Positions 1 through 12,596 of a DNA stretch of 62,511 bases are shown here, in pieces (positions within the stretch are counted from its first letter, which is position 1; each line of letters begins with the position of its first letter). The notes beneath the pieces are model-generated. The model worked only from the letters and a program-made list of their open reading frames with translations, was not told the DNA's origin and made no database searches. Source of the DNA: Macrostomum lignano (Eukaryota); NCBI GenBank assembly GCA_002269645.1, contig NIVC01003625.1:1-62511 (forward strand), in the 5' to 3' direction. The position numbers and the translations under genes were made by a program.

Positions 1-618
1 TGATGCAATGTAGAGAGGTGACTCGCGCAGTGTTTCGTTGAGATTGACGTCAGCTTGTGCTTTGATGAGTGAGCTCACAACTTGGTGTGACCATTATGTG
101 ATGCAATGTAGAGAGGTGACTCAGCAGTGTTTCGTTGAAGATTGACGTCAGCTGTGCTTTAATGAGTGAGCTCACAACTTGGCGGTGAGCATTTGTGATG
201 CAATGTAGAGAGGTGAGCGGCATCGACTGTTGAAATTGACGTCAGCTTGTGCTTTGATGAGTGAGCTCACAACTTGGTGGTGAGCCTCCTGTGATGCAAT
301 GTATAGAGGTGACTCGCCAGTGTTTAGTTTGAAGATTGACGTCAGCTTGGGCTCGAATGAACATTTGACAATTTTGTCTTTTCCCTTTTCACACGCAAAG
401 TGAAGCGGTGAGAATATCATCCCATTGATGCTGAATGAGCCTATCACGTTATGAGGCGTCTGCAGGTATCGTGAAACTTTTGTTTCATTTTCGAACATAA
501 CAGCTTCCAGGATCTCCTGCTCAGTGCCATCAAGGCCCTCGCTTTGGCCTGCGGACCTGCCGAAGGTCTGCATCAGAACTGCTGCAATCGCTGTCAGGAT
601 TCTCCAAAGAGCTTCCAT
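1..618 (-). pseudogene. 5' part of an ankyrin-repeat gene running off the left edge, with frameshifts (pseudogene or sequence error)
   Basis: ATG at 618; the translation has SPLHFACEKG and SPLYIASQEAHHQVVSSLIKAQADVN ankyrin motifs. The repeat anchor TGATGCAATG recurs at 1, 99, 196 and 292, giving 98/97/96-bp units instead of 99, so the frame breaks in each unit. Confidence 0.7.
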
Positions 619-786
619 TTCGGCTTGGTATCGGTGCTGTGCATTGCGGAGAGCGCCGCATTTTGCTGGAATTTAACTGTTTTGCTTATTTGCGTCACAA
701 TTGTGTGCTATTGTCAGCGCTGGCACGGGCCAATTGAAATGAATGAGGCTTGTGTCGGTCTGTCTGTTTATCTGTCTATAGGGTCA

Positions 787-1360
<574 letters not shown>

Positions 1361-1394
1361 AACTGAAACACTTTCCTTTTATTAGCAGGTGGGT

Positions 1395-1552
1395 CATAGT
1401 TTAGCCAAGGATCATTAGCAGCAGTTTGCAAGAAATTCCAGTCTAGAAGTCTCTGAGTTCAGCAGGAGCAAGAGTTTTCAAATCGTCACTCAAAACTGCC
1501 GAAGCTCCACAGAGCTCAGAAAAACAGACAGAAAGCAGCGGCTTTCAATTTT
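1395..1552 (+). repeat. Dispersed ~150-bp repeat, second copy at ~56378-56530
   Basis: Shared colinear blocks CATAGTTxAGCCAAGGATCAT, GTCTAGxAGTC, GAGTTTTCAAATxGTCACTCAAA and CTTTCAATT in both places. Confidence 0.6.
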
Positions 1553-1591
1553 AACCTGACAGCAGGCGAAACGCCGCACTTGACCCTTCCA

Positions 1592-1642
1592 CTGATTGAT
1601 TGATTAATTGATTGATTGATTGGTTGATTGATTGACAGATTG
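1592..1642. repeat. (GATT)n microsatellite
   Basis: Short imperfect GATT run. Confidence 0.85.
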
Positions 1643-2971
1643 AAAGATGGTTCGGCTGATTGACTCTTGATTTCATGATTTTTGGCGTGATCTCTTCATA
1701 AAACATTTGATTGAACCAGTTCGCATATTCCATTTGAACAAAGCAACCCAAAAGTTGGTTAACTGGAGTACCTGGTTTGCTTTTTGCCTACAATTTACAG
1801 GTTCAATCTAGTATGCAGAATAACTTCTCTGAAATTATTTAAAGATGCCGCTCACATGTGCGCAAGTTAATTAAGTAGCATTGCGAACTGTTTATGCATG
1901 TCTTTGTAAATAGGGGGTTTGTCCGTGAATCAACCAGTATACATGTGCATGTACTAGCTCATACAGCTGACAATTAATAGTACATAGGCCCTGACTGCCA
2001 GACCTCTGACGTGTCAGAAAATTGTTCTGTCATCCAAGGTTCCACCCTGCAAGTCCGAAAGGCAATGATAAATATCGATCGTATGTATCGAGCTCCGGTT
2101 CCAGTATGTTTTATCCAGTATGTTTTTGCTCAGAATTTGCTCAGAATTTGCTCAGAAATATCTAAGTATTCTGTCTTAAATATAAGTTACTAAAATGCAA
2201 ACAATCAAAACTATCTCTTATGGTTGTCCATAGTCATGGTTTCGTCTCCTTGAAGCTGCCAAAGACGGCTGAATGCCGACCAACTGCTTGAGAAACTAGT
2301 TGAGGGTGCCTAGCAGTTGAGCTTTGCTCATTATTCAAGCTTGATAAGAAAAATCTGACATAGCTGCAACAGAATGTCCATAGTCGCCTGCTGATGTCAT
2401 CTGTTGAAGGTGCCGACGGCGTCAGGGTGATGAAGGAATGCTTGAGAGACCAGCTGAGGATGTCCAGCAGTTGATTTTTACCAGCGAAACTCGAGAAAAT
2501 TCGTATCAGAGGGTGTCCGCAGTCACCTGCTGCCACCTGTTTGAAGGTCCAGAAGCTCCGTCTGGGTGAAGGCCAGTGACCAACGAAGTCAGAGCTGATG
2601 CAGACACATGTGGTCGACGTGCTGATGAAATTTGGAGGCTTATAGCAAGGCTGCACTGAGGCGTAGTGCTGATTGGCGCACAGGGGTGTACTGAATACAC
2701 TGGCGCTTATGGGAAAATCCGACCTTCTGGCAGAATCGTCGAATATCTCGACGGCCCGGAGGCTGGCGATTTGATTCTTTTTTGAGAAGGTGCGCAACAA
2801 AAAGTTAGCCCATGTTCTTGAACTTCGTGTGCCTCCGTTCCGGCTCCGTTCCGGCGCAGCAAAAAAAAATTGTCAGGGGGGAATTGGGGAATTCTTGGTA
2901 GTTTCTACTGTTAAGCACAGCTAAAAAGTAAAAGCAGCGCGTTCTTGAGGCACCAAGATACTCGTAGAGGC

Positions 2972-3030
2972 CAGGGGCGTCGCCATGGATTTTGTGGAGG
3001 GAACAAAGCCAAGAATTCTACATACTCGTA
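2972..3030 (+). mobile_element. Isolated 5' end of the hAT-type MITE family seen at 42884
   Basis: CAGGGGCGTCGCCATGGATTTTGTGGAGGGAACAAAGCCAAGAATT resembles the left end at 42884 and is the exact reverse complement of that element's right TIR (TGGCGACGCCCCTG). No partner end was found. Confidence 0.6.
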
Positions 3031-3428
3031 GACATGTACATACATGTGTGCATGGCTAAATTCATAGATGTACATCATTTAAGAATCTGTGCACATGTAT
3101 ATTTTGTCACTCTGAAGCAAAATTATTGATTTCCATAAACGTGAACTGGGGGACAACCTGATGTGAGCTGGAGAGCCTTTTGCATGATCACTTCTGCAAC
3201 TAGGAGTGCCCTGCAGGTGCATTCGGCACTGCTGCACTGAAGACTTGGATTTGGCTTGAACAAGACAAACCTTTCGCATCTCTTCAAGTGCCATCATTAT
3301 CAAGTTTAAATGCATGGCTATTGGAAATCAAATAGCGAACTGAAGAGGAATAAAGGGCTGCGCTCTCCGGAGCCACGTGTTTTGCGTGCTGAATACAAAG
3401 GTGAATGGGTGAATAAGACACAGGTATG

Positions 3429-3449
3429 CAGAGAGAGAGCGGAGAGAGA

Positions 3450-3523
<74 letters not shown>

Positions 3524-3555
3524 AAGAGAGGGGGAGAGAGAGAGAGGGCGAGAGA

Positions 3556-3590
<35 letters not shown>

Positions 3591-3710
3591 GGGGAGAGAG
3601 AGGGAGAGAGAGGGGGGAGAGAGGGAGAGAGAGAGAGGGGGAAAGAGAGGGAGAGAGAGAGAGAGAGAGGGGGGTAAAGAGAGGGGGAGAGAGAGAGAGA
3701 GGGCGAGAGA

Positions 3711-3742
<32 letters not shown>

Positions 3743-3796
3743 GGGGGGAGAGAGAGAGAGAGAGGGGGGAGAGAGGGAGAGAGAGAGAGGGGAAAG

Positions 3797-3844
<48 letters not shown>

Positions 3845-3903
3845 GAGAGAGAGGGGGGAGAGAGGGAGAGAGAGAGGGAGAGAGGGGAGAGAGGGGGAGA
3901 GAG

Positions 3904-3941
<38 letters not shown>

Positions 3942-3943
3942 TA

Positions 3944-3987
<44 letters not shown>

Positions 3988-3991
3988 GAGG

Positions 3992-4027
<36 letters not shown>

Positions 4028-4137
4028 CAGAGAGAGAGAGGGAGAGAGAGGGGAGAGAGAGAGGGAGAGAGAGAGAGAGACAGAGAGAGAGGGAGAGAGA
4101 GGGGAGAGAGAGAGGGAGAGAGAGAGGGAGAGAGAAG
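3429..4137. repeat. (GA)n purine-rich low-complexity tract
   Basis: About 700 bp of almost pure G/A; explains the ER/SL-repeat ORFs. Confidence 0.97.
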
Positions 4138-4357
4138 GGCACCTCCAGTCTCAGGCACTGGCTCGGTAAAAAGGACTGATAAAAGTCAGTTCAGTTCAAT
4201 TTGATAATATTTAGAATACTGTAAATTCTTCGTCAGGCCGAGTAAAGCAGAGTTTATTTGAGCGAGTTGCCGTCAATATTTAGAGGTGATAATGACAGGG
4301 TGCAAAAATCGATAATGCAAAAACTTGTACATGTACAAGCGCATACAGCACTGCGCA

Positions 4358-4753
4358 AATGGAGTGCATGTACAGTGTGATGAGTCAGAGAATGGAGTGC
4401 ATGTACAGTGTGATGAGTCAGAGAATGGAGTGCATGTACAGTGTGATGAGTCAGAGAATGGAGTGCATGTACAGTGTGATGAGTCAGAGAATGGAGTGCA
4501 TGTACAGTGTGATGAGTCAGAGAATGGAGTGCATGTGCAGTGTGATGAGTCAGAGAATGGAGTGCATGTACAGTGTGATGAGTCAGAGAATGGAGTGCAT
4601 GTGCAGTGTGATGAGTCAGAGAATGGAGTGCATGTGCAGTGTGATGAGTCAGAGAATGGAGTGCATGTGCAGTGTGATGAGTCAGAGAATGGAGTGCATG
4701 TGCAGTGTGATGAGTCAGAGAATGGAGTGCATGTGCAGTGTGATGAGTCAGAG
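4358..4753. repeat. 33-bp minisatellite, 12 copies
   Basis: Unit AATGGAGTGCATGT(A/G)CAGTGTGATGAGTCAGAG; 396 bp = 12 x 33. Confidence 0.97.
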
Positions 4754-5295
4754 ACTCTAAAAAACAGATTGGTGGCTGAGAGCAGAGTTCGATGGCACGC
4801 AGGTCCTGCAGACCCGGAGCAAATAAATAGAATGGATGAAAAACAATAAATAATAAAAATATGGATGGTCAATAAATGGCTACGGCTATGCAAGTGGGCC
4901 TTAAAGACTCTAAAGTGTCTAAAATTTAAAGGGAGAAGAGGTGTGAAGAGAGAATGAATTGAACGCCTCCCTTGAAGAGAGAATTCGGTCGATACAATAT
5001 GCCCTGAAAACTACTGATTTCCCATGAATCTGTGACCCAGCAGAAGTCTAAAAAAGCAATCCTAGAATTCCTATCGCATTGTCTGCACAGTGCACAGGCA
5101 TGCAATTAGTACAGTGACTTTAGTTGATATCGGTGTAGAATGAAACTAATCCATTCTGCCAGAGCCTCAGAAGTTGGCCTTCATGGCTGAGAATGGCCTC
5201 AGGCCAATCGCACGGAATGGAACCAACTATACATGCATAAATTTTCGCAAGAGGCAGCTGCTCAGCCTCTCAATTGCAGTCTCGGGCTTCATCAG

Positions 5296-6372
5296 TTGTT
5301 TATTATTAAAGTGCAGCCGAGCTCTGGCAGCCCATCTCAATTCTGTCCAGCTCTCGGCCGCAGCAACTCACTGCATTTTGCACTCCTGCCACCTGCAGCC
5401 AGCAGCAACAGACAGGCTTTGAGCCGCACTGAATGGCCTGAGAGCCATCAAATTCTGAGATTCAAGCATGGCAACAATGGCTTATTTAGGACAAAACGCA
5501 GTCTTGAGCTGTAGGGAGCGGGTGGTTAGAGAGGCCAGCTCAACCTCAAGCAGTAATTATCTCTGCTCGCTCGCTATTCTCAGGCCGGCGCACCGCTCTG
5601 CCAGCCTCCCTGCAGAGCTCGGTCTCTGTTTTGAGTAGTGAGCTGGGTGGAGTTGCATTGTAGCTGGACTTGTTTATTGTCTCAGGCAGGCAGGAGTTGC
5701 CGGGGGTTTGGGTGGTTCGACAGGCCAGTATGGGGTGATTGCGAACTCGATCAGTTTTCTCTTTGCCGGCTGCTTTTATCAGGCCAGACTGTCGCACTGC
5801 GAGTGCTGAGCTGGGTGGGGCCGTTCCAGATGAAGGTTGGAGATTTAATTAGCGATGAGGCTGCAGAGATGAGCAGCGCACACCTGAGCTGTCTGAGGCT
5901 GCAGTGGCGGCTGCTCCCGAATGAGTTGCAGCCCCAGCCTCGCACAATGGAGACTCTGCATTGTGCTTGAGCACCCTGCCTGCCCCCTCACTGCACCTTC
6001 GCTTCTGTGCTCAGAGATGACGGGCGGAGGCTGAGCTGCCAGCCAGCTGCACTTTTTTGATAGTTTAGCGCTTTCTCGAAGCATGAGAAAACAAGCGTTT
6101 ATTGAGCGGATTCTGCATGATCTGAGCTGGGATCTTATAGAGAGTAGAGAAGCTGAGCTGTCGAGTTGACAAATCTCAGCAGTGAAATGCTAAAGTGCCG
6201 GTCACCAAATGCAAAATGCAATAAAAAAAGCCAGGCAGCCGCAGTGCACAGATAAACCGTGTGAAATCCAAAATCAGCCTACATGTGAGTCCCACACTGT
6301 CCTGGGCAGGCCGAGAGCTGGACAGAATTGAGATGGGCTGCCAGAGCTCGGCTGCACTTTAATAATAAACAA
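5296..6372. repeat. 64-bp perfect inverted repeat pair (5296-5359 / 6309-6372)
   Basis: TTGTTTATTATTAAAGTGCAGCCGAG...CTCTCGGCC and its exact reverse complement ~950 bp downstream; the ORF track shows LLLKCSRALAAHLNSVQLSA on both strands. Confidence 0.85.
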
Positions 6373-6476
6373 TACTGAATACAAAATTTATGCATTTCAC
6401 AAAATGTTGCAGTGTTAATATAAAAGATTAGGCTTACTACAATCAAGATAGCAAACAGCCATGGAAAAGTGCAAGT

Positions 6477-7057
6477 CACAGCTATTAAGGGCGATTCTCA
6501 CAGCTATTAGGGGCGATTCTCACACCTATTAGGGGCGATTCCCACAGCTATTAAGGGCGATTCTCACAGCTATTAGGGGCGATTCCCACAGCTATTAGGG
6601 GCGATTCTCACACCTATTAGGGGCGATTCCCACAGCTATTAGGGGCGATTCTCACAGCTATTAGGGGCGATTCTCACAGCTATTAGGGGCGATTCTCACA
6701 GCTATAAACGGCGATTCTCACAGCTATTAGGGGCAATTCTCACAGCTATTAGTGGCGATTCCCACAGCTATTAGGGGCGATTCTCACAGCTATTAGGGGC
6801 GATTCCCACAGCTATTAGGGGCGATTCTCACAGCTATTAGGGGCGATTCTCACAGCTATTAGGGGCGATTCCCACAGCTATTAGGGGCGATTCCCACAGC
6901 TATTAGGGGCGATTCTCACAGCTATTAGGGGCGATTCCCACAGCTATTAGGGGCGATTCCCACAGCTATTAGGGGCGATTCCCACAGCTATTAGGGGCGA
7001 TTCTCACAGCTATTAGGGGCGATTCTCACAGCTATTAGGGGCGATTTTCACAGCTAT
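6477..7057. repeat. 22-bp minisatellite, ~26 copies
   Basis: Unit CACAGCTATTAGGGGCGATTC(T/C). Confidence 0.97.
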
Positions 7058-7307
7058 TTTGACATTATATTTTTACATTCAAAGTACAATCAAAGTGGCA
7101 GTCAAAGTCAGAAATTCTCCAGCTGAGTCGGCCAGGCTCCGCAGCTCTTCATCAGGATCTGTTCGGGTGCAGCAAGAACCTGTGAGAGCTCCGCAAACTG
7201 CACATGTCGGTGAGATTTTGATTTCTGTGGCATGCTGAAAGTGAAGCCAAATTGCGCAAATTTGACTTTTCAAGCTTAATAAAAACCAATATTCAGATTC
7301 TTGATGG

Positions 7308-7575
7308 AGCACTGTACCCCTCTCCTCACTCTACCCCTCTCCTCACTCTACCCCTCTCCTCACTCTAACCCTCTCCTCACTCTACCCCACTCCTCCTCAC
7401 TCTACCCCTCTCCTCCTCACTCTACCCCTCTCCTCACTCTACCCCTCTCCTCAGTCTACCCCTCTCCTCACTCTACCCCTCTCCTCCTCACTCTACCCCT
7501 CTCCTCACTCTACCCCTCTCCCTCTCCTTCCTCACTCTACCCCTCTCACTCTCCTCACTGTACCCTCCTCTCTCT
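7308..7575. repeat. 17-bp CT-rich minisatellite
   Basis: Unit CTCTACCCCTCTCCTCA with variants. Confidence 0.9.
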
Positions 7576-7989
7576 CATCGCATCTAATAACTTTGAGAGA
7601 GATAGAACAAATGAAAAGTCAGGAAACATGTTTTGTGCCAGTCAAATAGTGTAAAACTTGTGTAGGAAATGGTTTTACTAATATCTACTAATAAACAATA
7701 GAAAAAATATATGTAATAAATGTAATAAATGTAAAAGCATAAATGGATGCTTTGGGCTCATAAAAGCTAAAAGGCAGTTTCTTTAGGAGTTAAAGGGCAG
7801 ATTTTCGGGGAGTTGAAAGGCAGATTCTCAGGCGGTTGGAGAGCAGATCTTCAGGGACTGACTTAGAGGCAGATTTTCGGGGAGTTGGAAGACAGGTTTT
7901 TAAGAGTACAGCAGAAATTATACAAAAATTTAAATTTATGGTTTATGCTGTCTGATGCAAGTTTTGTTTTCGGTGTTGTGAAAATTGGG

Positions 7990-8297
7990 GTTTATGAAAT
8001 TTACAGCTCATGACAGTTTGTGAAATTTAGGGTTTGTGAAATTTACAGCTCATGACAGTTTGTGAAATTTAGGGTTTATGAAATTTACAGCTCATGACAG
8101 TTTGTGAAATTTAGGGTTTATAAAATTTACAGCTCATGACAGTTTGTGAAATTTAGGGTTTATAAAATTTACAGCTCATGACAGTTTGTGAAATTTAGGG
8201 TTTATGAAATTTACAGCTCATGACAGTTTTTGGAATTTAGGGTTTATAAAATTTACAGCTCATGACAGTTTGTGAAATTTAGGGTTTGTGAAATTTA
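7990..8297. repeat. 42-bp minisatellite, ~7 copies
   Basis: Unit GTTTATGAAATTTACAGCTCATGACAGTTTGTGAAATTTAGG; two related half-units each contain TGAAATTTA. Confidence 0.93.
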
Positions 8298-8498
8298 GGC
8301 TTTGTGAAAGCATATGCAGAAAGACTCAGTTCAAAGCAGCGTTATTTGCTGTGCCATTGCTAGACTCCTGCTTTTCTGAGTCTGCAGCTGACGCTGCGTG
8401 GCGACGCCTCTGGTTCCGGGTCAGTCGATTCGAGAACAAACGGACCCAGTTCCGGCTTGACTCAGATCGTACAGCTGTAGGCAGTCATTGGCCACTCA

Positions 8499-8637
8499 GG
8501 GGGTTGCAGTCTAGTGGTTAGCTCGTCGGACTCACGGCTTGAAGGTTGGGGGTTCGATTGCCGATCCAATTGGAACAATCTGTGTCCTTGAGCAAGACAC
8601 TTCTGCATTTCTTCAGTTCTCAGCTGTAATATGGGTG
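8499..8637 (+). mobile_element. tRNA-derived CORE-type SINE, 3'-truncated copy
   Basis: A-box TAGTGGTTAG, B-box GGTTCGATTGCC, then TGTGTCCTTGAGCAAGACACTT...CAGCTGTAATATGGGT; homologous to 11746-11986. Confidence 0.75.
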
Positions 8638-8680
8638 AATGCGCTAACGCTGACTGAACCTTAACGTGGACCCTGCATGA

Positions 8681-9209
8681 TCTCCCTTCTTCTCTTCCGT
8701 CTCCCCTCTCTCTTCTCTTCTCGCTCTCTTCTCTTCTCCCTCTCTTCTCTTCTCCCTCCCTTCTCTTCTCCCTCTCCCTTTTCTTCTCCCTCCCTTTTCT
8801 TCTCCCTCTCTTCTCTTCTCCCTCTCTCTTCTCTTCTACCTCTCTCTTCTCTTCTCCCTCTCTTCTCTTCTCCCTCTCCCTTATCTTCTACCTCTCTTAT
8901 CTTCTACCTCTCTTCTCTTCTCCCTCTCTTCTCTTCTCCCTCTCTTCTCTTCTCCCTCTCTTCTCTTCTCCCTCCCTTCTCTTCTCCCTCTCCCTTTTCT
9001 TCTCCCTCCCTTTTCTTCTCCCTCTCTTCTCTTCTCGATCTCTCTTCTCTTCTACCTCTCTCTTCTCTTCTCCCTCTCTTATCTTCTACCTCTCTTTTCT
9101 TCTCCCTCCCTTCTCTTCTCCCTCTCTTCTCTTCTCCCTCTCTCTTCTCTTCTCCCTCCCTTCTCTTCTCCCTCTCTTCTCTTCTCCCTCTTTATTTTCT
9201 TCTCTTTTC
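8681..9209. repeat. CT-rich low-complexity tract
   Basis: Degenerate TCTCTTCTCTTCTCCC units. Confidence 0.93.
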
Positions 9210-9399
9210 TGACTCATGGTCACTTCGGCTCCCTTTGGCGAGGGCTGAGAATGGATTCCAATCCATAGGTTTCTGAGAAAGATAGACACAGCCAGCTCAA
9301 ATTAGGGCATAATGCATGTAAATAAATGCTTCTAAAATTACCAAAAATGATGCAGTGCTCACCTGGGCCCAGGGGCAATAAAAAGAGTCTGCAGGGGGA

Positions 9400-9571
9400 T
9401 CACAAACCCGAAATATCACAAACCCAAAATATCACAAACTCGAAATATCACACAAACCGGAAATATCACAAACCCGAAATATCACAAACCCGAAATATCA
9501 TAACTCCGAAAGTTCTAGCAATGTCCAACACTATTTTGGTTTTCGGAGTTATGATATTTCGGGTTTATGAT
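9400..9571. repeat. 16-bp minisatellite ending in an inverted copy (hairpin)
   Basis: Unit TATCACAAACCCGAAA; 9486-9511 is the perfect reverse complement of 9541-9566, with a 29-nt loop. Confidence 0.85.
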
Positions 9572-9917
9572 GGCGACCCATTCCACTAGATGAGCTATAA
9601 GCAGTTTCAATTCCCACCAGCTTTGCCTTGACCTGCACTGCTTTTCTCTGTTTTTTCGCTCGGCAAATTGCCCTGGAATCTTTTGGGCCCGTTGCTACCA
9701 TTACATGAAAGGTTTTGTCTGTGCCTCACAATTCCCTGGCATGCTGAACCTGCTCAACCAGATATAAAGTGTAAAATTGAGAAAAATGTTTACTATAATA
9801 TTCGCATAAATACTCCAAGTGATAGTCCGAAAAACGAAGCTTTCTGACGTCAAACAACTACTGCTGTTGCGAACTCCTGGCATGATTTACATCGGCTTAG
9901 GAGCGTTTCAAAAGGTT

Positions 9918-11121
9918 CAGTGGCGGATTTAGGGGGGGGGGCGGGCGCACAGGGTGCAGACCCTCCGTTGAGTTAGGTTTGTTATTTTATATGGAAAATC
10001 CACATCATGTACCAATTATTTTCAGAATTAGTGTTGCCAGCACTCATTTTGGTACCGCAGGCACTCATTTTGGCGCCGCAGGCACTCATTTTGGTACCGC
10101 AGGCACTCATTTTGGCGCCGCAGGCACTCATTTTGGTACCGCAGGCACTCATTTTGGCACCGCAGGCACTCATTTTGGCGCCGCAGGCACTCATTTTGGT
10201 ACCGCAGGCACTCATTTTGGCGCCGCAGGCACTCATTTTGGCGCCGCAGGCACTCATTTTGGCACCGAAAGCACTCATTTTGGCGCCGCAGGCACTCATT
10301 TTGGCACCGCAGGCACTCATTTTGGCGCCGCAGGCACTCATTTTGGCGCCGCAGGCACTCATTTTGGCACCGAAGGCACTCATTTTAGCGCCGCAGGCAC
10401 TCATTTTAGCGCCGCAGGCACTCATTTTGGCGCCGCAGGCACTCATTTTAGCGCCGCCGGCACTCATTTTGGCACCGCAGGCACTCATTTTAGCGCCACA
10501 GGCACTCATTTTGGCGCCGCAGGCATTCATTTTGGTGCCGCAGGCACTCATTTTAGCGCCACAGGCACTCATTTTGGCGCCGCAGGCATTCATTTTGGTG
10601 CCGCAGGCACTCATTTTAGCGCTGCAGGCACTCATTTTGGCGCCGCAGGCACTCATTTTGGTACCGCAGGCACTCATTTTGGCACCGCAGGCACTCATTT
10701 TGGCGCCGCAGGCACTCATTTTAGCGCCGCAGGCACTCATTTTGGCGCCGCAGGCACTCATTTTGGCACCGCAGGCACTCATTTTGGCACCGAAGGCACT
10801 CATTTTGGCGCCGCAGGCACTCATTTTGGCACCGAAGGCACTCATTTTAGCGCCGCAGGCACTCATTTTAGCGCCACAGGCACTCATTTTGGCACCGAAG
10901 GCACTCATTTTAGCGCCGCAGGCACTCATTTTAGCGCCGCAGGCACTCATTTTGGCGCCGAAGGCACTCATTTTAGCGCCGCAGGCACTCATTTTGGCGC
11001 CGCAGGCACTCATTTTGGTGCCGCAGGCACTCATTTTGGCGCCGCAGGCATTCATTTTGGCGCCATAGGGGCAATGCTGGGGGGGGGGGCATGGCCCCAC
11101 TGTCCCCCCTGATCGCCTATG
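9918..11121. mobile_element. Probable non-autonomous DNA element carrying ~49 copies of a 21-bp minisatellite (10038-11066)
   Basis: Unit GCAGGCACTCATTTTGGCGCC, the same as inside the hAT MITEs at 42884/48250. Imperfect termini CAGTGGCGGATTTAGGGGGG and (revcomp) CATAGGCGATCAGGGGGG; no TSD found. Confidence 0.65.
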
Positions 11122-11745
11122 CATGATTTTTGTTTTGGCGATTTCAGAGAATCAACAGACCGAAGACTGAAGAAAACATTTGGGGCACCGCTTAATTTTT
11201 GGCCAGCGGGGGTGGCAATTGCACGAGTGCTACTAATAGTAATAATAACAGTTTTTTATATAAACTTTATATTCTAATAATAATTATATTCATGCTCAAT
11301 TTACGCCTATTTTTACACTGAAAACTAATATTTACCTTTGTTTTAATGATAAGTATCTCAAAATTAACATTGATCAAGTCTCTTTGCGAGCTGACCAGTG
11401 AGCCAACCAAATCGATTTTTACTTGCTCATCCCGTCAAAACTGAGTCTTGGATAGTTTTTTGAAGAGTGAAATAGAAGAAAATCATACTGAATATACTAC
11501 TGATACACAGAATACTAAGTAGGGGATCGAAGTGAAACAAAGTAGATCTCAGAAATACATACACAGTATTATTAGAAAGGCCATGACCCTTTAATCTCTG
11601 GAACGCCTAAGGACTGAACGATTTTCAATATCTATAAATCACTGCTAAGAGATTTACAAGAATTACAGTTTTTGTAAGAACGCCCCCATAAGTAAAAGGA
11701 AAATCATGTACTCAGACAAATACTAAGATACAGTACATACTTAGA

Positions 11746-11986
11746 GAGGGGTTGTAGCCTAGTGATTAGAGCGTCGGACTCACGACTTGAAGGTCCGGGG
11801 TTCGATTCCCGATCCCACTGGAACAATTTGTGTCTTTGAGCAAGAGACTTAACTCTGCATTGCTTCAGTTCACCCAGCTGTAAAATGGGTGCCAGCATTA
11901 GCTGGGGTAATTGAGGGTGTGTGTGGCGACCCCCAGTCCTTGGACTGAACAGCCGTACGCAGCTGAGCGGCTGAGCTGTCGGTTGC
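11746..11986 (+). mobile_element. tRNA-derived CORE-type SINE, apparently full length
   Basis: A-box TAGTGATTAG, B-box GGTTCGATTCCC, MIR/CORE-like TGTGTCTTTGAGCAAGAGACTTAACTCT...CAGCTGTAAAATGGGT, 3' tail; flanked by direct repeat ACATACTTAGA (11735-11745, 11987-11997), a candidate TSD. Confidence 0.85.
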
Positions 11987-12224
11987 ACATACTTAGACTT
12001 GCTCAGACTTACATGTATACTTAGACCCATACTCAGACCAATACCCTATTCTAAGACTTGTGCTCAGGAGAGGAAACCTAAGTTTCACCTGTGACTGCAA
12101 CAGACACCACCTGTTACATATTTGGTAAGCAGTGCCAGCTGCAGGAATTGCAGTACCCCTGGCACAACTTTGGTAAAGAGCAGTTTGAATCTACAAGAAC
12201 AGCAAGTCGATGCGGCGCACGCTG

Positions 12225-12596
12225 GCCTGCTGCGCGCCGCCTTCAACATCGGCGTCGAGCGAGTCACCAACGCGGCACTCTATCGCCGCGCTGGCCTGCC
12301 ACGTCCAAGTGATCTACTGCGCCGTCGGCGACTCCAGCTCGCAGGCCATCTCATCCGCGCCGAGTCGTACTGCCCACAGCCGGTGCAGGAGGTGCTGCTG
12401 CTCACGCTGCAGGCACCCTACCGGCGAGGTCAAGCGCGAACTCGGCGTTATGTCGACTGTCTGCTGGCTGACGCCGGCGCCCCGGACACTGCCGGTGGCG
12501 CGGCCTTTGTTCGCGCCCAAGCCATGTAGCGCGCCCTGTGACGCTGACTTTTGCCATCCTGACAGCGTATTTTGTTGTTGTTGTTGTTGTTGTTGA
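12225..12596 (+). mobile_element. 5'-truncated non-LTR retrotransposon (RTE-like) 3' end
   Basis: The translation LRRRRLQLAGHLIR...RRGQARTRRYVDCLLAD resembles the post-RT C-terminus of RTE-clade LINEs; stop at 12529, short 3' UTR, then a (TTG)n tail. Confidence 0.75.

Noticed and set aside
2234-2800. 188-aa minus-strand ORF
   Set aside because: No ATG start, no recognisable motif and no phase-compatible neighbouring exon found; left unannotated.
3310-4893. ER-repeat, SL-repeat and NGVHVQCDESE ORFs
   Set aside because: Products of a GA tract and a 33-bp minisatellite; no splice or codon evidence for coding.
9979-11124. 377-aa GTHFGAA / PQALILA 'antifreeze-like' ORFs (also 42828-44016, 48194-49382)
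   Set aside because: The 21-bp array is open in most frames on both strands and lies inside MITE-like termini.
11748-11820. tRNA gene (also 8499 and 56743)
   Set aside because: A/B boxes are followed by CORE and tail sequence in three diverged copies, so these are SINE heads, not tRNAs.
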